From Synechococcus sp. (lineage in GTDB: Bacteria > Cyanobacteriota > Cyanobacteriia > Thermostichales > PCC-7336): 33,131 nt of DNA. The notes below the pieces were generated by a model. It ran no database searches. It saw nothing but the letters and a program-made list of their open reading frames with translations, and was not told where the DNA came from. The stretch's first letter is position 1; every line of letters begins with the position of its first letter. Positions 1-7,298 of the stretch are shown in pieces. Where the stretch lies: contig JBFRWN010000119.1 in the NCBI GenBank assembly GCA_051439605.1, positions 1-33,131 of the forward strand, in the 5' to 3' direction. Position numbers and translations under genes: made by a program.

Positions 1-1035
1 ACGGGAAATGGCAGGTTTAGCCTCGTTTGACGGTAGGAGATTCATAGCAATTGTCAAGCTGCTTGGGACCTCTCACAGTTTTGCCGTTTGCTGAGAACCT
101 TTATCGCAGGTGCAGGTAGCGGTGCCCTGTTACTAGCAACCGCATTATTTCTGGGTGCGACTGTGCCAGAACTTACCGCTGTTATCGCCAGCACGATCGT
201 TCAGGTGGCGATCGCGGTTATGGTCGGAACTCGTCGCACCTGCTTCTAGGCCGAATGTGAATGCACAAGCGTAAATGGTTGAAAAATGGGTTCACGGGGA
301 GGTGTGAAAGACGCAATCGCCCATCTTCCCCAAGAGAGCAGAAACAGCATGCCATCGTTCCCAGCGTAATCTCTTTTTAAGAGGCAAAACGCGATCACCA
401 TAAGAAAGTAGCAGGTGGAGTGTACATGAAGAAATCAACTTTACAAGCATGCGATCGCTCCCTAAAGCCATAATAGTTGCCTGACTTTTTGATATTTTGT
501 TGCCTAACAAATCTACTTTATTAAATCAACCCAAATTGCTTTAGCGCACAATCAATATTAAGTGTTAAAATTATCAATCAAAACCATCAAACTCAGTAGT
601 TGTATAGCCCTTTACTTCGGTCGCAAAATATTACTCAAGCGCTTGTATTTTATATTACATAAATGCAAACTTTCATAACAGCATTGATTATTAGGAGACA
701 AATGCAAGGTTTCCTAATGCTAGTATCTGGTTAGTGAAATGGAATTTCAAAATGTAAGCTTATCAAATAGTGTTTTGCTAGTTGACGAAAAGGATTTTGT
801 GATTTCAGGTAGGGAAGGCAGAAGTATGTTACACAACATTTATTTCAAGTATTTCAAGCTCTGATTTCTTTAGAGTGAAAGGAAGAAAGGTTTGAGTCTA
901 CTCATATACATTCTCAATTATTTTTTACATTCTTGCACTCGGCATAGGAAACTACTATGTCACACAACAGATTAGATAGAAGATCGATCGTAAGAGCTTT
1001 TTTCGCCTAGATAAAGTTCTCTTCTAAGCCCATAC

Positions 1036-1131
1036 TATAGCGGTTTTCATTGGAGTGAGGTACAGGACTGCATCTACAACTTTTGTATAGCAAGACTTTG
1101 GGTGTACCTCATTGATTCCGAAACCGCTATA
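1036..1131. mobile_element. 96-bp MITE-like element with imperfect 29-bp terminal inverted repeats, bounded by TA/TATA
   Basis: Left arm 1036-1064 is TATAGCGGTTT-N9-TGAGGTACA. The reverse complement of right arm 1103-1131 is also TATAGCGGTTT-N9-TGAGGTACA. No ORF inside. TA ends are typical of IS630/Tc1-derived elements (family assignment is inference). Confidence 0.7.
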
Positions 1132-1925
1132 TCTAATTGTATTGCAAAGTTAATTGATTGAAAAATATTACAAAATATCTGCCTGAAAAGACCTTTAGTT
1201 CGTTTCACATAATTTATCCAATCAATTTAACTGTCAAATAAAAGACTACGATACAGCTTATTTAAGTCGCTTTCTAGAATCACGAAGATAGGCCCAAATC
1301 GCTTAAACCTCTGATTTCGAGGGCAGGCGAAAACCTTGATTTTGAGATGCTAGCGTCTCTTTCACCCCTACCTCTAAATTATCTGAGGTGTTGGATTAGG
1401 CAGTCAAATAATTTACTATTAAATAGTAGGGTAAATCCTGATTAAAGTCTCACCAAAAAACTTTACAAAACAAATTAGGCTCTCCATGCTCCCTTCACAT
1501 TCAGTCTCTATAGTAATAGCTATATAGTGTCTATTTGATGTTCGTTCTCTGAACTATGTAGGCGAAAATCACTAATAAGTCATGTATAGGAGATATTATA
1601 ATGATTCATGTTCTGACTGAGGGATGGAGTGAATTCTGTTCGATCCAAAATGATTGGGGGATAAATTCACTCGGTTGAGGTCTAGTTATGGATTTTCAGC
1701 ACAAAAGAGGGAATGTTGGCAATTAACATTATTTATAATCGATCCACAGTGACATGCGTGAAGGTTGATAGCGACCTACATTAATCTAGCGATCATTTGA
1801 ACTAAATTAACTCAGAGAATGTAGCGAATATTAGCTAGTCGGCACTGATGGAAGTATGGAATGGTTTCCAATTTTGACAAATGTTCCTGTACTGTAACTT
1901 TTGATGTTAATTAGTGGAGGAAACA

Positions 1926-2627
1926 ATGGCTTTCGAGAAACAGAAATTGCTGGATTGCGATCGCCAAAATTTTACAGAGTGCGATCGCTGTATTATCAAC
2001 CTCCTTCGCCCCCATCTGATGCAGGAAGGAGAGGCTAACTTAGAAGACAGCCAAATCCAGGATGTACTAACCCAATGCAAGCAAGCTGTGGAACGGGGAG
2101 GCGCGATCGGTGTGACGCACGACGGGCAAGTGCAGTTCGTCACTAAACGTGCAGAAATCCTCTTGAAACAGTATGTTGCCTCCGAAGATTCACGCATATT
2201 GCCAGATCTCGTAAAACACTGGTTTAAACACCAAATTTCGCAGCTCACTTTTTGTGAGGTGCCATCCCCCTGTCTTCCACTACATATCGAGCGAGATGGG
2301 TGGCAGCTAAGTGTTTATCTTGTTCCCGATCCGAGTCGAGATCGCTATCTGTTACTGCTTGAAGAACGAGATCTGCCTTCTTTCTCAGTTAACGCTCTTG
2401 AGTTGCTAGGACTCACCAAACGAGAAGCGCAGGTCTTGTTCTGGATCGCTCGGGATAAAAGTAATGCCGGCATTGCCAAAGAGCTGGGCTGTTGCGAAGG
2501 AACGGTAAGAAAACACCTGGAGCATGTTTACAAAAAACTGGGGGCTCAAACGCGGACGGGGGCGGTGATGTTTGCCTTAGAAAAGTTGGGATTACTCAAC
2601 GAGAAGTTTGTTGCAAAATCGTCATAG
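1926..2627 (+). CDS. LuxR-family HTH transcriptional regulator with N-terminal PAS-like sensory region
   Basis: C-terminal GLTKREAQVLFWIARDKSNAGIAKELGCCEGTVRKHLEHVYKKLG is the LuxR/NarL HTH signature. GGAGG (1916-1920) lies 5 nt before ATG 1926; the ORF track starts at GTG 1914. Confidence 0.92.
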   Translation: MAFEKQKLLDCDRQNFTECDRCIINLLRPHLMQEGEANLEDSQIQDVLTQCKQAVERGGAIGVTHDGQVQFVTKRAEILLKQYVASEDSRILPDLVKHWFKHQISQLTFCEVPSPCLPLHIERDGWQLSVYLVPDPSRDRYLLLLEERDLPSFSVNALELLGLTKREAQVLFWIARDKSNAGIAKELGCCEGTVRKHLEHVYKKLGAQTRTGAVMFALEKLGLLNEKFVAKSS

Positions 2628-2677
2628 TCCTATACGCGGATCGTCGTATTGATTCGAAAATTGACTTAGAAGAGTAT
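2628..2677 (+). promoter_or_regulatory. Putative LuxR-type operator (ATACG-N8-CGTAT) overlapping a -35/-10 promoter, copy 1
   Basis: TCCTATACGCGGATCGTCGTATTG (2628-2651) is identical to 4788-4811. TTGATT (2649-2654), a 17-nt spacer and GAGTAT (2672-2677) lie upstream of the protease gene. Confidence 0.6.
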
Positions 2678-2791
2678 TAGATCGAAGGCAGCCTTTTAGA
2701 TTATTGAAAGGCAAGCTAGTTCGGAAGTATATTCGCCTGAATACCTAAATTCAAAAGGAAGATATATTTCAAAAAAAAGGAGAAATACAAG

Positions 2792-3742
2792 ATGCAACCA
2801 ATTGATCGAATTTACGAATCAGTAGAAATTCTTGAGACTCAAGAAACACTGGGAACAGGATGGATACCTGACCTTCCAGATCTTCGTGACTTCACAGAGG
2901 AAGAATCTGATATTCCACAGATGGCTGCAACACTAGGAATATCAGCAGCTGCTTCATGCCCGCCTAAGGTCGATCTCAGGAAATGGTACACAGACCATCC
3001 TGTTATTGAAGTTGAAAATCAGCGGAACTTAGGTTCCTGTACGGCCCAGGCAGGTGTAGGTATAGTTGAGTACTACCAGAAACGAGCCTTTGGTAAGCAT
3101 CTGGATGGCTCGCGTCTTTTTGTCTACAAGACTACTCGCAACCTATTGGGTTTGGTGGGTGATACCGGTGCAAATGTGAGAGCTACTATGGCTGCCTTAG
3201 CACTCTGTGGTGTTCCACCCGAAAAATACTGGCCCTACACTGATAGGAAGGAAGCTGGTCCTAGCGGAGATCGAACCTTTGACGATGAACCTCCGGCCTT
3301 TATCTATGCCCTAGCAGATAACTTTGAGGCTCTTCGCTATTTCCGTCACGATCCAGTAGGTAAGAAGCCTGAGGAAGCACTTGCTAGCGTGAAGAAGTGG
3401 CTTTGTTATGGTTTCCCGTCTATGTTTGGGTTCTATGGCTTTCCCTCATTCGATTATACGAATGTCAAGGGTGGCATTCCGTATCCTTGCCCAGGGGAGA
3501 GAGCTATTTGGGGTCATGCTATTGTGGCGGTAGGCTATGACGATGGGTTCAAGATCAAAAATACTAAGTGCAACAAAGAAACGACAGGAGCCCTATTGAT
3601 CCGCAACTCTTGGGGCAAAGGTTGGGGTGATGGTGGATATGGATGGATTCCCTACGACTACGTCCTGAAAGGAATGCTAGCCCGTGATTTTTGGACTCTC
3701 CTCCGGATGGGATGGGTAGAAACAGGGAAGTTTGGCCTCTGA
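2792..3742 (+). CDS. Papain-like cysteine peptidase, family C1 (xylellain-like), no signal peptide
   Basis: N-terminal GWIPDLPDLRD, oxyanion Gln and catalytic Cys in NQRNLGSCTA, catalytic His in GHAIVAVGYDD, Asn in IRNSWGKGWGDGGYGW. AAGGAG SD upstream. Confidence 0.95.
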   Translation: MQPIDRIYESVEILETQETLGTGWIPDLPDLRDFTEEESDIPQMAATLGISAAASCPPKVDLRKWYTDHPVIEVENQRNLGSCTAQAGVGIVEYYQKRAFGKHLDGSRLFVYKTTRNLLGLVGDTGANVRATMAALALCGVPPEKYWPYTDRKEAGPSGDRTFDDEPPAFIYALADNFEALRYFRHDPVGKKPEEALASVKKWLCYGFPSMFGFYGFPSFDYTNVKGGIPYPCPGERAIWGHAIVAVGYDDGFKIKNTKCNKETTGALLIRNSWGKGWGDGGYGWIPYDYVLKGMLARDFWTLLRMGWVETGKFGL

Positions 3743-3986
3743 ATGAACGCGAATCATAAATCTAAAGTTAGCCAGTTCTAAACTAGAGTTCTTCCAATTC
3801 CCGCCTCATTTCATTCAGCAAGCCTTAGTACTTGTTCTGGTTACAAGGTTACATCGTATATCTCTTAGCGTTGGAAAGAAGATTCACTAGGGCTTACAGT
3901 TTGTCTCCCAATACGCTGTTCGGAAACTACGCACTTTTACCACAGAGTGATTTAGTTTCCTTTTTCATCTATATCATCAGAAAAAA

Positions 3987-4466
3987 ATGAGAAATACGAT
4001 CCTGCCGACAATCAAGGCTTCTTCGTTCAAAGGATTGTCACTCACTCTATGCATATTTTTACTCTTTATCGGGATTAATGCTATCAGCTTTGGCTGTAGT
4101 AGTGTGGACAAAGGGTTAGGAGAAAATTCTGGAATGTCTGAAATAGTTATTGGAAAGAATAATCGAGGAAATAGTTTTGATATCCCTCAGGGGAGCATCG
4201 TATTAATTCGCCTTGAAGAAAACCCAACGACAGGCTACACGTGGGAGATTAGTGAGATTGATTCTCGGGTTGTAGAGCTACAAGATTCGGAATATATAGG
4301 AGCATCTGAGACTGCTTTAGGCGCAGGTGGACTACGCATTTTTACTTTTGAGGCAAAATCGCCGGGAGAGACGCAAGTCAGTCTGAAGCTTCGTCAAGAA
4401 TGGGGACCGGAGGAGTCAGCAATTAAGCATTTTGAGGTCACACTTCGAATAAATGAAGCTGAGTGA
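3987..4466 (+). CDS. Chagasin-family (I42) cysteine-protease inhibitor, possible lipoprotein
   Basis: Loop motifs LEENPTTGYTW, LGAGG and RQEW. Hydrophobic N-terminus ends in lipobox-like ISFG-C. In-frame alternative ATG at 4134. Confidence 0.92.
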   Translation: MRNTILPTIKASSFKGLSLTLCIFLLFIGINAISFGCSSVDKGLGENSGMSEIVIGKNNRGNSFDIPQGSIVLIRLEENPTTGYTWEISEIDSRVVELQDSEYIGASETALGAGGLRIFTFEAKSPGETQVSLKLRQEWGPEESAIKHFEVTLRINEAE

Positions 4467-4471
4467 CTGAC

Positions 4472-4787
4472 TTCATTCTCCATCCCATTCCAGAACCAGG
4501 CAGAGAATAATATTTATTACTGCTAGAGGAACAAGAACTGCCATCCTTCTCGACTTCTGTTCTGAATTGCTAGGGCTCACCAAACGCGAGGTGGAGGTGT
4601 TCTGAATTACTAGGAATAAAAGCAACGCCAGTATTACTAGAGAGCTGAGCTGCTTTGAAATAACGGTGCGAAAACACCAGCAGAATATTTAGAAAAAACT
4701 AGGTATCCCAACTCGTATGGGTGTCGTAATGGTGTCTCTAGAATAATTAAGACACTCAAAGGTTGGTTTGTTACGAGAAAGTCATAA
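4472..4787 (+). pseudogene. Decayed 3' half of a LuxR-family regulator, paralogous to 1926..2627
   Basis: Translates as IPEPGRE*YLLLLEEQELPSFS (frameshift) ELLGLTKREVEVF*ITRNKSNASITRELSCFEITVRKHQQNI*KKLGIPTRMGVVMVSLE*. It is collinear with the intact protein, with at least 4 stops and indels. Confidence 0.9.
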
Positions 4788-4837
4788 TCCTATACGCGGA
4801 TCGTCGTATTGCTTCCAATATTTACTTAGAGCATTAT
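4788..4837 (+). promoter_or_regulatory. Putative LuxR-type operator/promoter, copy 2
   Basis: 24-bp exact repeat of 2628-2651. TTGCTT (4809-4814), a 17-nt spacer and CATTAT (4832-4837). Both copies have ACTTAGA at the same offset in the spacer. Confidence 0.6.
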
Positions 4838-5131
4838 CTAAATATAACTATCGATAAAGATAATTGCTGCTATCGATGAGCCGTCGTAGAGAATTAGGAG
4901 TTATGAAATAAGTCAATAAGTATTTAGACTTTTGCATACCAAAGGTTAAAGGCTGAGATGTCTGAAATGAGCAATCTCTACTAGGCACGTAGGAGAGTTA
5001 AGGCTCATAAAATAGCAATCCTAAATGAGATCTAAATTCAAGTCACTTGAAATCTCTTTCCTATGAAATTAGTCTTCATGAATCAAATAGGCTTGCTATA
5101 CAAATTTGTGTTGTAAATCGAGGTAGAAACT

Positions 5132-5737
5132 ATGCAACCTGTAACCAGAGATGTATTAGAACAACTTATTCAAGAAGCTCAACAGGCTGGTAAAGATACA
5201 ACGGATCTTGAATCTGCTCTCAGCTCAATTGCCACAATTTCCCCTCCTATTGGGACTTCAGAACAACCGCTTGCAGACGGTAGTTCTATGGTAATTGAGT
5301 CAACGGGACCAGCTAGGCTTGAGGACTTTGAGCCGATTCAAGGCTCTGCTGGTGGAAAAGAAGGAGGAAATAGTGAAGAGCAAACTATGACGGCTGAGGT
5401 GGCTACAGATCAAGTGCATTCTCTGGGAGAATTTCTGTCTCTCCAAGGTGAGCTACCAGAGACCCTTGCATCAATAGCCGATCGCATCCGAGTTTATCGA
5501 CATGATTGGGGGGATAAGAAGGGTGTGTATCGGTTGAATCTTAATTGGAGAGGCGTTAAGGGATCTAGTCTGGCATTTGTCTCCATTGGTGAGGGAGCAC
5601 CCAATGGTAAGCATCTTGGCAATGCAAGATTTACTCTTCACAACGTTTGTCCAAGACCTAATGGAATCAACATCCGTGTCGAAGTTGATTGGGACGATCC
5701 CTTACGGATTTATGTGGACTACTTGGTAATAATTTAG
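5132..5737 (+). CDS. Hypothetical protein: acidic N-terminal region plus C-terminal beta-rich domain
   Basis: 201-aa ORF with GAGGT SD, 13 nt upstream of the next gene. The C-terminal ~85 aa show alternating hydrophobic beta-strand patterns (FTLHNVCP...INIRVEVDWDDPLRIYVDYLVII). Confidence 0.8.
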   Translation: MQPVTRDVLEQLIQEAQQAGKDTTDLESALSSIATISPPIGTSEQPLADGSSMVIESTGPARLEDFEPIQGSAGGKEGGNSEEQTMTAEVATDQVHSLGEFLSLQGELPETLASIADRIRVYRHDWGDKKGVYRLNLNWRGVKGSSLAFVSIGEGAPNGKHLGNARFTLHNVCPRPNGINIRVEVDWDDPLRIYVDYLVII

Positions 5738-5750
5738 GAGAACCAAGAAA

Positions 5751-6323
5751 ATGATTGGTGTCAATTTAATTGATGAGGCAGGTGTTCTTTCTAAGCCAAA
5801 TTTTGAGCGCCTCAAGAATTTTGTCACTGAGAAGTGCATGGCTAATGCTGAAGATCTAAAATATCTTACTAGCGTTCGCGTACGTAATGACGGCAATAAA
5901 GGCTATCTAGGCTACTGGTCAGGGCAGTACAAACGTAAGGGGGCAGATACTGTCTTTGTACAAGCTGTAATTGTTCTCAATTCGTATTATCTCAAGACGG
6001 TAGAGCAGATGGAGAAGACGTTGGCACATGAATACGGCCACCATTGGACTTTATTCTATCTACTAGATCGTCACGAGCTCTTAAGTGTTTCCAAAGAACG
6101 AGCACCGTGGCTCTATTATCGAGCTCGTGCACTCGATCCTGCAGCATATGCTTCTGATTATTCTAAGGGGTGGTCATTTAGCGATAAAGAGGTCTTGGCA
6201 GAAGACTACAAGCATATGTTTTCTCCCTATTCAGGTAGTCATCGAATGAGCAATAAAGTGGGTTATCCCTCTACGGAAGTTAAGGAATACCTTAAGTTCA
6301 TGGGTCAACCTGCTTGGTTGTAG
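5751..6323 (+). CDS. Putative zinc metallopeptidase (HExxH, gluzincin-like)
   Basis: TLAHEYGHHW motif plus downstream EVLAEDY, a third-ligand-like helix. AGGAG SD. No signal peptide. Confidence 0.8.
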   Translation: MIGVNLIDEAGVLSKPNFERLKNFVTEKCMANAEDLKYLTSVRVRNDGNKGYLGYWSGQYKRKGADTVFVQAVIVLNSYYLKTVEQMEKTLAHEYGHHWTLFYLLDRHELLSVSKERAPWLYYRARALDPAAYASDYSKGWSFSDKEVLAEDYKHMFSPYSGSHRMSNKVGYPSTEVKEYLKFMGQPAWL

Positions 6324-6330
6324 TTTGTCT

Positions 6331-6373
6331 TGCTGTAACGTACCGATGTTAGACAGCTCGATACGTTACAGCA
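6331..6373 (+). terminator. Strong hairpin just after the metallopeptidase stop (terminator or mRNA stabiliser)
   Basis: TGCTGTAACGTA ... TACGTTACAGCA, perfect 12-bp arms with further internal pairing. No clean U-tract. Confidence 0.5.
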
Positions 6374-6790
6374 CATCTAATTGTTATTTGGACTTTAAGG
6401 ATCAATCTAGCTTATAAAAACGTGTGATTTTATAAGGTTGAAGATCTCTAGAGATCCTTCAAACGAGCACCAAAACTTTCTGGCACTTTGAACCAATCTA
6501 GCAATTCTAAATCTCTGAAATTATGAACTCAATAATTTATCTAATGCCGTTCCCAGAACCTTGATTCATAAGAAGGTTGACTGGAGCATTAAGTGCAGTT
6601 CCACAAGCAATTGGTTATAAGGCCGCTTATAGCCTTCTTCTCAGAGAGCGTAAAAACATGGCCATTCGTAATACGGCAGAATTGTCATTTTGACAGAAAT
6701 AAAGCATCACAAGGGATTCCATATTTCTCAAAACTCTTTTGGATCCCATCTCAACTAAGACCTAACTCTTAATCTCAAGGAGGAAATAGA

Positions 6791-7213
6791 ATGAGTTCAT
6801 TTAGCGCTTATCTTGTAGGATTGTATGAGAGAAGGCTTGGTGTTACTACTACGCTCCATATCATCAATCCCACGCCTAAACCATTGAATGTAATATCTGC
6901 ATTCTACGATGACCAAGAGCAATGTCAGACATGTTTCAAGTTTCAATTGACTCCCAATGACCTGCAAGAAATCAATGCTAGTCGACTACTTGGCCCAGAC
7001 AAGGCTCTATTTGGGGTAGTCAAAATTATCTCTTATGAGCCTGGAACAGAAACACCTAGGCCTCAGGACGGTATCGTTGGTTTCCAACGACAGCTTTTAG
7101 CAACAGGGAGGGGGCCTGAATTTAGTGAAACTGTTTTGGCATCAGTCCCAACAGAGGTTGCTCACGAGGAGTTGCCGAAAATTTGGGAGCATTGTCGGTC
7201 GATATCAGGCTAG
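6791..7213 (+). CDS. Hypothetical protein (beta-rich, CxxC)
   Basis: 140-aa ORF with a perfect AAGGAGG SD, co-oriented with the island genes. Confidence 0.8.
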   Translation: MSSFSAYLVGLYERRLGVTTTLHIINPTPKPLNVISAFYDDQEQCQTCFKFQLTPNDLQEINASRLLGPDKALFGVVKIISYEPGTETPRPQDGIVGFQRQLLATGRGPEFSETVLASVPTEVAHEELPKIWEHCRSISG

Positions 7214-7298
7214 TTGATAGTTCCCTCTTAGGGAGATAACGAGGAGTGTGATCGCCAGCAGCAACCAGACTTCTATGGCTTGACCAAAGAGGTGCAAT

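Noticed and set aside
37..249. Hydrophobic open frame on + (…LLRTFIAGAGSGALLLATALFLGATVPELTAVIASTIVQVAIAVMVGTRRTCF*)
   Set aside because: In-frame stops at 28-30 and 34-36, no SD-supported start and no recognisable family. It may be a remnant but cannot be supported.
292..510. 72-aa minus-strand ORF
   Set aside because: TTG start, no motifs, runs into AT-rich intergenic DNA; probably spurious.
3783..3891. Loose long-range inverted repeat between protease and inhibitor (CTAGAGTTCTTCCAA / TTGGAAAGAAGATTCACTAG)
   Set aside because: Needs several bulges and is not distinguishable from chance by eye.
4896..4911. AGGAG-TT-ATG-AAA-TAA mini-uORF downstream of operator copy 2
   Set aside because: SD-to-start spacing of 2 nt is too short to support translation.
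6323..6400. Integron attC-like site after the metallopeptidase
   Set aside because: The hairpin ends do not fit RYYYAAC/GTTRRRY, it is not repeated after other genes, and no integrase is present.
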